From Candidatus Babeliales bacterium (GTDB taxonomy: Bacteria; Babelota; Babeliae; Babelales; JANWKD01): a stretch of DNA of 64,000 nt. Made by a program: the position numbers and the translations under genes. Below, piece after piece: positions 1 to 9,541 of this stretch; positions within the stretch are counted from its first letter, which is position 1, and every line of letters begins with the position of its first letter. The stretch covers positions 1,088,001 to 1,152,000 of the forward strand of contig OY969622.1 in NCBI GenBank assembly GCA_963701665.1. The letters run 5' to 3'. The notes below the pieces were generated by a model. The model saw only the letters and a program-made list of their open reading frames with translations. It ran no database searches and was not told where the DNA came from.

Positions 1-1
1 T

Positions 2-187
2 CAAGGCGGTCAGCAAAATCCGCATGAAAAACAGGCTGAACAAGGAAGAAACCATAACCCTGGTAAGCATAACCAAAACCCACAAGGTCAACACCCAAAA
101 CATGAAGGTCACAAACCTCATGAAGGTAATAAACAACATGAAGGCAACAAGCAAGGTCAGAACCAAGGTAATTGGGAAAAAAAGTAA
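2..187 (+). CDS. 3' end of low-complexity Gln/Gly/Asn/His-rich hydrophilic protein (partial)
   Basis: Frame 2 is open from the window edge: QGGQQNPHEKQAEQGRNHNPGKHNQNPQGQHPKHEGHKPHEGNKQHEGNKQGQNQGNWEKK, TAA at 185-187; HEG repeats. Confidence 0.7.
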   Translation, partial: QGGQQNPHEKQAEQGRNHNPGKHNQNPQGQHPKHEGHKPHEGNKQHEGNKQGQNQGNWEKK

Positions 188-201
188 AACGGTCTAATGA
201 G

Positions 202-231
202 TAGGTAATAATAAATTTTTGTTATTACCTA
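202..231. promoter_or_regulatory. Inverted repeat (terminator or operator) upstream of the metallothionein-like ORF
   Basis: TAGGTAATAA-N10-TTATTACCTA followed by a T-rich stretch. Confidence 0.5.
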
Positions 232-263
232 TTTCCTATTTTTTTAAAAACCTGGAGAATACG

Positions 264-368
264 ATGAAATTCTTAATTTTTCATAAACCTGAAGGCTGTA
301 AATGCAACAACTGTAAAAACTGTAAATGCCAAGAAGGTAAAAACTGCGGCTGTTCTTGCTGCAAGTAA
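264..368 (+). CDS. Metallothionein-like Cys-rich microprotein (34 aa)
   Basis: GGAG RBS at 254-257; MKFLIFHKPEGCKCNNCKNCKCQEGKNCGCSCCK*; 9 Cys in CxC/CxxC/CC motifs; terminator follows. Confidence 0.75.
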   Translation: MKFLIFHKPEGCKCNNCKNCKCQEGKNCGCSCCK

Positions 369-395
369 TAACAACATCTTTTAGTAAAAAAATTA

Positions 396-432
396 AAGCA
401 TTTGTTTGAAAAAACAAATGCTTATTTTTTTA
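396..432 (+). terminator. Intrinsic terminator (possibly bidirectional)
   Basis: AAGCATTTGTTT-GAAA-AAACAAATGCTT, then T run; A run upstream. Confidence 0.75.
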
Positions 433-492
433 ATTACGCAAATTCAATACAGTGAATTTTGCTGCACAAAGGTAACATTGAAAACAAAAATC

Positions 493-643
493 GTCATTGC
501 GAGCGAATGCGTGGCAATCCAATTATAAAATTAGTTCCTTTAAGGATTTAATTAAAGTTTGGATTCTACTTCGTTAAAACTTCGTAGAACAGGTCCCCCC
601 ACAGCCCTTCGGAGCTCATAGAGCGAAGTAGGGTCGGGATGAC
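493..643. repeat. Palindromic intergenic repeat, copy A (two nested modules at 564-593 and 605-633)
   Basis: GTCATTGCGAGCGAATGCGTGGCAATCC ... TCGGGATGAC; shares arms and AT-rich spacer with copies at 2188, 22075 and 63641. Confidence 0.85.
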
Positions 644-655
644 GCGAGATTCGCG

Positions 656-1642
656 TCATTTCACTGTTTCGAAAATCTTTTTAACGGTCGCTAAACTTCC
701 CACAAGTGATGATGCTTCGTAAGGCACGACAATCATTTTATTATCCTTACCTTTTGTCATTTCAGGTAATGCTTTGATATAATGCATCGCAACCATATAA
801 GGAATTGGGTCCCCTTGCGGCACAGATTTTTGGATCATATCGATCGCCGATGCTTCTGCGTGTGCAATTTTTATACGTGCTTCTGCTTCACCCTGCGCGG
901 TCAAAACGCGCGCTTGAGATTCGCCCTCGGCACGTAAAATATCAGCCTCGCGCTCGCCTTCTGCTTCCAAAATTGCCGCGCGTTTTTTACCTTCAGATTC
1001 AAGAATGATCGCGCGTCTATCACGTTCCGCACGCATTTGTTTTTCCATGGCAATACGAATGTCGAGTGGCGGATTAACTTCTTGGAGTTCAACGCGGTTG
1101 ATTTTAACGCCCCATTTATCCGTTGCCTCATCCAAAATCAGTCGCAATTTTTCGTTAATAAGATCACGTGAAACGAGGGAACCATCAAGATCCATTGCCC
1201 CGATAACATTACGCAATGTTGTTTGCGTTAACTTTTCAATCGCTTCGGAAAGATTTGCTACTTCATAAACGGCAGATTTAGGATCAGTGATTTGATAATA
1301 AAGAAGTGCGTTAATTTCCATCGTTACGTTATCTTTAGTAATAACATTTTGCTTGGGAAAATCGTAGACCGATTCACGCAAGTCGATACGATTGGTAGAT
1401 TTTGTATAACGATAATAGCGCTTGCCATCACCTTCTGATGTAACGTAGGTCCAATGCACCATTCGTGTCGATTCAATAAATGGCACTACTATATGAATAC
1501 CTGCGCTCAAGGTACGATCATAGCGCCCAAAACGTTCAATAATGATAGTTTCTGCTTGCTTAACTAAATACACTGCTTTTGCAAGCACAATAAAAAAAAT
1601 GAATAACAGCGCAATAAGAATAATGCTAAATTCCAAAACCAT
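656..1642 (-). CDS. SPFH/band 7 (stomatin-like, QmcA-type) membrane protein
   Basis: N-terminal TM; IIERFGRY, QNVITKDNV, MEKQMRAERDRRA motifs; ATG at 1642 has a GAAGGGA RBS. Confidence 0.93.
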   Translation of the reverse strand: MVLEFSIILIALLFIFFIVLAKAVYLVKQAETIIIERFGRYDRTLSAGIHIVVPFIESTRMVHWTYVTSEGDGKRYYRYTKSTNRIDLRESVYDFPKQNVITKDNVTMEINALLYYQITDPKSAVYEVANLSEAIEKLTQTTLRNVIGAMDLDGSLVSRDLINEKLRLILDEATDKWGVKINRVELQEVNPPLDIRIAMEKQMRAERDRRAIILESEGKKRAAILEAEGEREADILRAEGESQARVLTAQGEAEARIKIAHAEASAIDMIQKSVPQGDPIPYMVAMHYIKALPEMTKGKDNKMIVVPYEASSLVGSLATVKKIFETVK

Positions 1643-1663
1643 TTCAAGTCCCTTCAAAAATAA

Positions 1664-2107
1664 TTAGTTCGTTTGCTTAACTATGCAGTGGCACCCACGC
1701 ACAGCAACAACTTCCACATATGACCCAGCGTGAATAAGATTATCAGCATGGGCACGTGCTGACCATTCTTCACCGCCAACTTTAATACGTCCTAAAGACT
1801 GTTCTGTAATATCAGTAAGCGCAACCCCCGCTTTGCCCTGCAGCGCAAACATATTTGTTTTTGGCTCATGAGCACGGTTAAGCTGCTTGGTCACCCGTAA
1901 AAAATAATGTAACACAACTACTGCTATACATGTTCCACCGAGCATGCTCACTAACTGGTAAAAAAAAGAAGCTTCAAACAACGTCGCTACTAAAGCGATG
2001 CCTGAACCAATGCTGAACGAAAGAAAGAAGAAAAGTCCTGGATGACCTAGTTCAAGGAGTAAAAAGATAAGTGTCAGCAACAGCCAAGTCATGCAATCGT
2101 AATTCAT
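1664..2107 (-). CDS. NfeD-like (YbbJ-type) partner of the SPFH protein
   Basis: TM N-terminus plus OB-fold motif GRIKVGGEEWSARA; canonical nfeD-SPFH pairing. Confidence 0.9.
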   Translation of the reverse strand: MNYDCMTWLLLTLIFLLLELGHPGLFFFLSFSIGSGIALVATLFEASFFYQLVSMLGGTCIAVVVLHYFLRVTKQLNRAHEPKTNMFALQGKAGVALTDITEQSLGRIKVGGEEWSARAHADNLIHAGSYVEVVAVRGCHCIVKQTN

Positions 2108-2187
2108 AATAACTCACTTAGGGTTAGATAAATGAACCTAAATTTCCTGCAACTATGCCACATAAGACGCATATTGGAAACAAAGTT

Positions 2188-2286
2188 GTCATTGCGAGCG
2201 AATGCGTGGCAATCCAGATAATAAAATTAATTCCTTAAGGATTGTATTAAAGTTCTGGATCCCCACGGCTAACGCCTCGGGATGAC
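2188..2286. repeat. Palindromic intergenic repeat, copy B (minimal form without modules)
   Basis: GTCATTGCGAGCGAATGCGTGGCAATCCAG-spacer-CTGGATCCCCACGGCTAACGCCTCGGGATGAC. Confidence 0.85.
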
Positions 2287-2493
2287 ATTCTTATGTTTAT
2301 AGTAAGTTTCATTGAGAATGTCAGTTTTAAATAGTATAGCAAGTCACAAAAAATTGTAAAAAAAATCATAGATGAAATATACGCTTATAAAGCTGCTAAT
2401 TGCAGATTTTATTTCAAATATTGATTTTGATTTTTTAATTATTGTACTATTTAACTAGGGGAATTATTGACGCTATCACCATTATAGAAAGAT

Positions 2494-2928
2494 ATGATGA
2501 TGAAAATAGTAAAAAATATCATTATTGTTTTAGGGATATTGTGCACTTTTTCGTTACATGCTGCCAAGGAAATTTCGATAACCATTAATAATACGCTCGA
2601 TAAACCGGTAATCGTAAACTGTTATGTTGGCAATCACCCTGATACGGGTGTTTTTGGCATACTCGTTCCGGCTAACACAACAGAAGAACTTGTGTTACCT
2701 GAATTCTATTGGTTTGATAAACACCCATCAAGTGGCATTATCACAAAAGGGCAACGTTCTGAAACAAAACTTGTAGATGTCCTCAAGCATTCGCCCCCTA
2801 CGCAACTTACATTGGTTATTCCAAACGAACAACGTCAATTTGTCACGATTAAACCCGAATCATTAATGATAAAGATTTCACCATCTGGTTCTATCGCTAA
2901 GGTGACTACGCAAAAGGCTCTTTCATGA
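2494..2928 (+). CDS. Hypothetical secreted protein
   Basis: Signal peptide ending SLHA; beta-strand-like mature part. Confidence 0.7.
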   Translation: MMMKIVKNIIIVLGILCTFSLHAAKEISITINNTLDKPVIVNCYVGNHPDTGVFGILVPANTTEELVLPEFYWFDKHPSSGIITKGQRSETKLVDVLKHSPPTQLTLVIPNEQRQFVTIKPESLMIKISPSGSIAKVTTQKALS

Positions 2929-3191
2929 AGTTGTTCATACGAATATTCATGATAAGTGCGCTTATTCTTTGCATAACCAACATGCAAGCAATGTCATACG
3001 GCCCCGTTTTCATGGCTGAACAAGATTTATGGGCTCCTAGTGATAGCCCAGCATATCCTTATCCATATATTTATCCGCAAGACTGGGATGATACGATCCA
3101 CATCCAGCCCTTACGATGCAGAAAAGAGCGGAAATACTTTGAACAATGCAGGGCGGAACAAACAAAAGCTTTTAGGCGGGCACCTGAATAA
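2925..3191 (+). CDS. Small hypothetical secreted protein
   Basis: ATGA overlap with the upstream gene; signal peptide ending MQA-M. Confidence 0.6.
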   Translation: MKLFIRIFMISALILCITNMQAMSYGPVFMAEQDLWAPSDSPAYPYPYIYPQDWDDTIHIQPLRCRKERKYFEQCRAEQTKAFRRAPE

Positions 3192-3271
3192 GCAAAGAAT
3201 CATTCGACAATCGATAAATTTTTTTTTATTGTTAGTTGTATAATCGTACAAAATATATAACAATAAAAATC

Positions 3272-4198
3272 ATGAACAAGCATTTTTTTTACAGCCTTCT
3301 GCTTATATTTACCTTGGTTGTAAGTTGCCGTTCAATCAACCTTGAAAGATGCTATTTTATCTATGGCAACGAATGCCCTCAAGCAGCCAAGCCTCTAAAA
3401 AATAGTTCGCAAAAAGGCCCTTGGATTACAATTTGGGTACATGGAACGCGCGCGTTTTTTTCACGCTATTTTTTCCAGAATTTCTTTTATTGTATTCCCG
3501 GCCTTAACGCCGCAGAAAAATTTGATAAACGGTATCATTTACGTTCAATTGCTGAGTTATTAAGCACGCAAGCGCCCGAACTTTTCTCCTTTGACACCTT
3601 TTATTTTTTTGGGTGGTCGGGGAAACTCAAACATAAAGGCCGCCTTAAAGCCGCGCAAGATCTTTTTAATGCTATTCATCTCGTGATAAAAAATTATGAA
3701 AGCACGTATAATGAAAAACCACGTATTAGAATCATTACCCACAGTCACGGCGGTAATGTTGCCCTAAACATGGCGCATATACAACAAGGCTGCAATCAGC
3801 TTATTATTGATGAACTTATCTTACTAGCATGCCCGATACAAGAACAAACTGTGCATTATGCTCATGATATATTATTCAAAAGAATTTATGCGCTCTATTC
3901 GCGCAGCGATAGCATTCAAGTTATGGATCCACAGGGATTTCATTATTGGCGCAGAAAGCATAAAATGCTCAAACCACCGACATTTTTCTCTGGGCGTTGT
4001 TTTCCAAAAGAATGCGCAAAAGTACAGCAAGTTGCTGTGCAATTAAATGGTAAAAATCTTATGCATATAGATTTTCTGTTTCATAAATTTTTGAAATTTT
4101 TACCCGATATTGTATATCGACTCAGAGAGTGGCGTAAAAAAGAAATAGATCAAAAGCCGACCGTCATTTCAATTACCACCAAAACTACATCACGCTAA
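3272..4198 (+). CDS. Alpha/beta-hydrolase fold (lipase-like) protein, possible lipoprotein
   Basis: WVHGT, FGWSG, THSHGG nucleophile elbow; VVSC lipobox-like. Confidence 0.75.
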   Translation: MNKHFFYSLLLIFTLVVSCRSINLERCYFIYGNECPQAAKPLKNSSQKGPWITIWVHGTRAFFSRYFFQNFFYCIPGLNAAEKFDKRYHLRSIAELLSTQAPELFSFDTFYFFGWSGKLKHKGRLKAAQDLFNAIHLVIKNYESTYNEKPRIRIITHSHGGNVALNMAHIQQGCNQLIIDELILLACPIQEQTVHYAHDILFKRIYALYSRSDSIQVMDPQGFHYWRRKHKMLKPPTFFSGRCFPKECAKVQQVAVQLNGKNLMHIDFLFHKFLKFLPDIVYRLREWRKKEIDQKPTVISITTKTTSR

Positions 4199-7100
4199 TT
4201 TTGCACGAAGTTCACCGATACGAGCTAATTGATCGTTATTAAGTACCAATTGTTGTATACTCTTCTCAGGATCGTAAACTTCAAAAAGTTTATTCGATGC
4301 ACTTTCTATGGCGTCCAATGTATCTAAAATTATAGCTTTAGAATCGGTAAATCCTCCAGAAGACCAAAATGCTTCATCTTGAGCAAGATTATAAAGTTTA
4401 TTGGCGTTATCCAATAACCAATCAACCAAAGATTCAATATCTCGCTTATGTTGCATAATTCCCAGCTGTGTGGTTCTGTTTGTATTTCGATCAAGTTTTT
4501 TTGTAGTATAAACATCCCTAAAAGCCAGATTACTTAAACAATCATTAATTGTCTCTTCATGGTTGTGATCTACAACTTTTTCAAAATTACGAGTAAAAAG
4601 TACTTGCATAAAATCATTAAAAACGGTTTCAGTTTCGATGCTCGCATAAGAATTTGCGAGGGTATAGGAGCGTTTTCCATTTTTCTGTTCAATATAGAGC
4701 GCTATATAATGCCCATCTCTGTGGCCACTCAAAAAATGATTCTCACTATTTTTACAATCATTGAGAATAACTGCAAATTTGCAATCGTTACCTGAGTTTA
4801 ATTCCTTTTGTATAGTTGCTATGTTTCGTGCTTCATTGAGATTAATTGTTCTATTACCTTTTAAATAACATGACAAATCAGTAATAAAAAATAGTTTTTC
4901 TTCTTGCCCGATGAGCCGAATTAGTCGTTGTTCTTCCTGGGAATCAAGCCATTGACAGTTTACCGTATCTAACTCCTTATCATCATCTCGTATTCCACTC
5001 ATAAGGGTTGCTATAGCAACATCATCATCTTCATCCAATTCTTCCCCAGCCTGCAACTTGGCACATTTTCTTTTTTGCGCAAGCCGCATCTTTTGAACAT
5101 ACAATCTGAGCTCTTCAATGCGACTATTTGTGTAATCAGGGTCTTCATCGTATAAGCTTATGCCATTGAGAATCGCATAAAGACCACATTCTGCACCGCG
5201 CTGTTGATTAAATATTTTTTTAACATTCCTATAGAGAGGTAACGTAACATGATCTTCTAATTCTGGTGTTCGACAGAAATTTCTGAAGGATAAAATTTTA
5301 CCCGTCCTTGAAGATTCATTGTCACGCTTCTTAGGTGCAATAGCAAATGCAAATAACGGTTCATATCCAGCTAAGATTTTTATTTTTTGTTCTAATAGAG
5401 GGTCAGTAATATAAGAATCGTTATTATTATATTTTTGCTTTAAGGTTTGAATCTGCTTCGATTGTTGTAGCTTCCTAATAGCTTCTTCAAGATTAGCCAC
5501 GACTACGTCAACCTCTTTTAACTCTGAATCAGATTTATGAAACCACCATTCATAATAATAGAATTGAATGCATGAAAAAATCGTAGAAAAAAAATCTCTA
5601 GCTTTACTAAAAACTCTCTGGCGTCCAGTTTCAGTAGCCTTTTTTTGAAAATATTGTTTCTGTTGAGATAGTTTTTCCCTTTTACGTAAAAATTCCTCAC
5701 GCTGTTTCTTTGAATCATCTAAAGCATTAATATAAGGTTCTGCTTCTCGATTTAATTGTGCTCGTAACAAAAATAAACATATTTGATCAGGTAAAAGTTC
5801 TAATACAGCCATTTCTTCAAATACTTTTGGCATAACCTCCTGAAATACATATTTTCGATCTTGTATAAAATGATATAGTTCAGGCTTAGTTTCACGTTCA
5901 GATCCGCATAAGTAATCTTCAGGCGCATGGTATAATCTTGATAGTTTTAAAGCAGCGTCATTCTTTTTTAATTCTTTTTCGAGTGCCTTATCAGAAGAAC
6001 TTTTTTCCTCTACGGGGAATAGGGGAAGTGGATTTATCGGAAACAAGCTGAAAATGGATTTAAAATCTAATCTCTTCGGATTTTCATGAGTTGGCTTATT
6101 GTTTTTTTGTTCTGGCAAACGGTCTTTTTCAGTACCTTCATCCGATAGCACATCAAATGTCTTTCGTCTAAACTTTTCATAAGATAGCTCATCACGCCAA
6201 TTTTCGGAAATCTTATCACCCATTCTATTCTTTAGAATATTATTAATATATCTGTTCAGAAAATATCTTGGCAGCTTGGTATCTTTTTGCTGTTTATATC
6301 TATCACGCAGATGTAACATATAGAACTCACATTCCTTCCCCAATCGTACCGCATTCGTATTGCTCGGAGATTCCTGCACTTTTTTGGAAACAAAAAAACT
6401 TGTACCTAAAAGCAGTGTATCGCGAACTAAGCCTAGTCCAAATAAACTAATTGAATTCAATGTTGGATAGTTTTTATTCAAATTTCCTTCCGTATCAAGC
6501 ATTGTATCTACAACACGAGCAACACTTTTGGGAAGAACCTTCGTTACAATTGGTTCAGTCATTAACTGCTTGTGATCATCGACTAAAGTTCTTAAAACTG
6601 CCGGTTCAGTTAATGTTTGCGCTACAGAATGGCTAAGACTAACGATATCTTCAGTAGTAATGCCTCGGGAAGTAGCTTCTTTATCTCGAGCTTCATCTAT
6701 TTTTTTTAGATTTAATGCATCATGGATTGAGTTTAAATGACTTTTTAATTTTGCTGAGACATCAAGTGATTTTTGTTTTTGTTGTTCATCATCATTTAAA
6801 AACAACGTATTTTTTATTCCTTGTGCTTTAAGTAAATTTTCAAGAGATTTTAAATAGAAATCTCTATCTTTTTCTTCTTGCCATAGTCTTAAATAAAAAG
6901 CTGCATTCATAAGTGCATGGTTATGCTGCTGTAACACATGAAAAAAGTTAAAATCAGTTTCAAATTTTTCAGAAACATCTTTTTTGGTGACACCTTTTGA
7001 ATAATCATCTCGTGACCATGAAAGCCCTTTTTCCATTTCATGAAGTTTTTTATCCTTTGAAACATTGCTTTTCCATGGCCTTGCGCCTCTTCTCAAAACT

Positions 7101-7456
7101 CTTTTCCATATTGAAATGGGTTGCTCGCACCTGATATTTGCAATTTTAGTAATGTTACTGCCAATGATATTGGTAGCTTTAATTGACTCATTAAGCTGTT
7201 TTGTAATTTTATCAACTTTAACAATTTCTAGGGTATCAGCCTCTAAAGCTTTAAACATTGTACTAAACGCTGCACGACTATACGCATCAAGACGAGCGAG
7301 GTCTCTCTCGGTTGCAGCAACAGCATTGGTATAGGCTTTTTGTTGGGTTTTGCTCAGCGCCACTTCTTTCATTCCATACGCATAGTTAAAAGAAAGAACA
7401 GCCGCGCAAACACAAGACATGCTACGAATAAAATTTAAATTTGAAAATATTGCCAC
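4190..7456 (-). CDS. Large secreted protein, coiled-coil plus C-terminal papain/Josephin-like cysteine protease motif
   Basis: 1088-aa ORF, signal peptide; QQRGAECGLYAILN ... GHYIALYI ... LANS. Confidence 0.6.
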   Translation of the reverse strand: MAIFSNLNFIRSMSCVCAAVLSFNYAYGMKEVALSKTQQKAYTNAVAATERDLARLDAYSRAAFSTMFKALEADTLEIVKVDKITKQLNESIKATNIIGSNITKIANIRCEQPISIWKRVLRRGARPWKSNVSKDKKLHEMEKGLSWSRDDYSKGVTKKDVSEKFETDFNFFHVLQQHNHALMNAAFYLRLWQEEKDRDFYLKSLENLLKAQGIKNTLFLNDDEQQKQKSLDVSAKLKSHLNSIHDALNLKKIDEARDKEATSRGITTEDIVSLSHSVAQTLTEPAVLRTLVDDHKQLMTEPIVTKVLPKSVARVVDTMLDTEGNLNKNYPTLNSISLFGLGLVRDTLLLGTSFFVSKKVQESPSNTNAVRLGKECEFYMLHLRDRYKQQKDTKLPRYFLNRYINNILKNRMGDKISENWRDELSYEKFRRKTFDVLSDEGTEKDRLPEQKNNKPTHENPKRLDFKSIFSLFPINPLPLFPVEEKSSSDKALEKELKKNDAALKLSRLYHAPEDYLCGSERETKPELYHFIQDRKYVFQEVMPKVFEEMAVLELLPDQICLFLLRAQLNREAEPYINALDDSKKQREEFLRKREKLSQQKQYFQKKATETGRQRVFSKARDFFSTIFSCIQFYYYEWWFHKSDSELKEVDVVVANLEEAIRKLQQSKQIQTLKQKYNNNDSYITDPLLEQKIKILAGYEPLFAFAIAPKKRDNESSRTGKILSFRNFCRTPELEDHVTLPLYRNVKKIFNQQRGAECGLYAILNGISLYDEDPDYTNSRIEELRLYVQKMRLAQKRKCAKLQAGEELDEDDDVAIATLMSGIRDDDKELDTVNCQWLDSQEEQRLIRLIGQEEKLFFITDLSCYLKGNRTINLNEARNIATIQKELNSGNDCKFAVILNDCKNSENHFLSGHRDGHYIALYIEQKNGKRSYTLANSYASIETETVFNDFMQVLFTRNFEKVVDHNHEETINDCLSNLAFRDVYTTKKLDRNTNRTTQLGIMQHKRDIESLVDWLLDNANKLYNLAQDEAFWSSGGFTDSKAIILDTLDAIESASNKLFEVYDPEKSIQQLVLNNDQLARIGELRAKLA

Positions 7457-7566
7457 GAAATCCCCATCTTAAAGGCAAAAATTATTGATTGATGATTTTC
7501 AATAACTATGAAAACTATTTCATTCTACTATAAAAAAAGCCTTTAAAATAGGGGCATTAGCGAGTT

Positions 7567-9432
7567 TTAATGTTTTATCATTTCCTGCACCGCCTTAATA
7601 ATCGCGTAGGCATCAATCCGCTCAAATGCCATCAATTCTGCTGGCAATCCTGAACGAGGCAATTTAGTAACGGCCAAAGAGAGTATTTGGATCTTTTCAT
7701 TAACGAGCGCACAGGTAACTGCCTCTCCTAAGCCACCCTCTTTATAATGATCTTCAACCGTAATTATTTTTTTGCCGGCCTTGTTAGCAACCGATAACAC
7801 CGTCTCGCGATCGAGCGGCTTAACGCTATAAAGGTCAATCACCGCCGCGTGCACGCCTTCTTTTTTGAGCGTTTCATGCGCTTTGAGCGCTTCAAACAGC
7901 GTAATGCCCGCGCCGATAATGCACACTTGATCTTGATCACTTTGTTTGACCACGCGGCATTTGCCGATCTCAAAACGCTCGTTATCATCATAGAGGCTTG
8001 GCGTTTCCGCGCGCGTTGTGCGCAAATAGGTAATGCCCGTTGAACGTGTGGCCATTTGGCAAACGAGTGCAGCGGTACTGCGCGCGTCACACGGATAAAG
8101 GATGACGGAATCTGGAATCGCGCGCATCATGGCAATATCTTCGAGGCCCATCTGCGAGGGGCCATCTTGCCCAATTGAAACGCCCGCGTGCGAACCGACC
8201 AGCCTCAATGGCACTCTGCCGATCGCAGCCATGCGAATTTGATCATACGCGCGTGTAAAAAAGCATGCGAACGTGGAAGCAAAAGGAATTTTCCCTCGTG
8301 CGGCCAATCCTACTGCCATGCCAATCATATTTTGTTCTGCGATAAATGCTTGAATAAAACGATCGGGAAATTTATCTGCAAAAAATTCTGCATAGGTAGA
8401 GTTTTTCACTTCAGCATCCAAAGCAACAACATCAGGCATCTGCTCTCCTACTTTCACTAATGCTAATCCGTATGCTTTACGGGTTGCCATAGGAGCATTT
8501 TTAGTATCCAGATGTATGGTAGGCTTTGCATCATGGGTAGCCTTCTTTTTTTTCGCACTTGTCGAAGGTAATTTCGGCGTCCATGTATAATCAGGTTTTT
8601 TTACCGCAGATGCAAATCGCTTTTCTAATTGGCCAAGTATCTTCGGCAATTCTTCTTTAGAGAACGCTTTGCCATGAAAACCGTTTTTATTTTCTGCTTC
8701 TTGAACCCCGTATCCTTTGAGCGTTTTTGCAATGATAATGGTTGGTTTGCCTCGCATTGTTTTTGCATCATCAAGACATTCCATAATGTCGTGCATATCG
8801 TGGCCATTGACAACGAGCGTGTGCCATCCGAATGCAGCAAAACGCTCGACAAAAATGCCGACGTCATGACCTTCCATTGTTTGCCCTGTTTGGCCCAAAC
8901 GATTGCAATCAAGAATACCAATGACATGATCTAATTTATAAAAAGAGGCAAGCTCAGCAGCTTCCCAGATTGAACCCTCAGAAACTTCGCTATCGCCCAT
9001 CATGACGTACGTATAAAAATCAAGGCCATCCATACGCGCGCTCAATGCCATGCCAATGCCAATTGAAAGCCCTTGGCCAAGAGATCCTGTTGCTGCTTCA
9101 GTACGTGAGAAGTTTGGTGTAGGGTGTCCTTCTAAAGGAGAATCAAATTGGCGATACGTCATCAATTCTTTCTCTGAGATCACGCCTAATTCTTTCCAAA
9201 CTCCATACAAAGCGGGGGATGCATGACCTTTTGAAAGAATAAAACGATCATTGTTAGTATTATGAGGATCTTTTGGATCAAAACGCATCGCATAAAAAAA
9301 TAGTGCTGCAACTAAATCCGCTGCTGATAATGCTGACGTAGGATGTCCCGATCCTGCTTTGGTTGTCATTTCTAGTGAAGAAACACGCATGTTGTAAGCA
9401 ACATGTTGCAAAAAATTTTCTAAAACATTCAT
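7567..9432 (-). CDS. tkt: Transketolase (short, animal-type class)
   Basis: AGSGHPTS, DRFILSKGHA, ATGSLGQG, GDSEVSEG TPP motif, GQDGPSQM. Confidence 0.95.
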   Translation of the reverse strand: MNVLENFLQHVAYNMRVSSLEMTTKAGSGHPTSALSAADLVAALFFYAMRFDPKDPHNTNNDRFILSKGHASPALYGVWKELGVISEKELMTYRQFDSPLEGHPTPNFSRTEAATGSLGQGLSIGIGMALSARMDGLDFYTYVMMGDSEVSEGSIWEAAELASFYKLDHVIGILDCNRLGQTGQTMEGHDVGIFVERFAAFGWHTLVVNGHDMHDIMECLDDAKTMRGKPTIIIAKTLKGYGVQEAENKNGFHGKAFSKEELPKILGQLEKRFASAVKKPDYTWTPKLPSTSAKKKKATHDAKPTIHLDTKNAPMATRKAYGLALVKVGEQMPDVVALDAEVKNSTYAEFFADKFPDRFIQAFIAEQNMIGMAVGLAARGKIPFASTFACFFTRAYDQIRMAAIGRVPLRLVGSHAGVSIGQDGPSQMGLEDIAMMRAIPDSVILYPCDARSTAALVCQMATRSTGITYLRTTRAETPSLYDDNERFEIGKCRVVKQSDQDQVCIIGAGITLFEALKAHETLKKEGVHAAVIDLYSVKPLDRETVLSVANKAGKKIITVEDHYKEGGLGEAVTCALVNEKIQILSLAVTKLPRSGLPAELMAFERIDAYAIIKAVQEMIKH

Positions 9433-9471
9433 TATACATTCTCATGTTAATCTTTGAACATAACTATCGCT

Positions 9472-9500
9472 AAAGTACCAAGCTGCGCAAACAAGTGCAA
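9472..9500 (-). promoter_or_regulatory. Putative sigma70 promoter of tkt
   Basis: Minus strand TTGCAC-N17-TACTTT with TG extension. Confidence 0.5.
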
Positions 9501-9505
9501 ACTTC
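9489..9505. repeat. 17-bp direct repeat, left copy (AAACAAGTGCAAACTTC)
   Basis: Exact match at 11028-11044; the two copies bracket the AAA/DUF4143 gene. Confidence 0.8.
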
Positions 9506-9541
9506 CAGACATTAAAAATTTTAAACAATGTTGTAGATTTT

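Noticed and set aside
493..643. Possible CRISPR array or integron attC sites in the palindromic repeats
   Set aside because: Copies are dispersed, not regularly spaced with unique spacers; no cas or integron integrase in the window; no GTTRRRY/RYYYAAC ends
7839..8934. Several 60-100 aa ORFs inside tkt (similar shadows inside rpsA, SPFH, asnB and others)
   Set aside because: Antisense or alternate-frame shadows of well-supported genes
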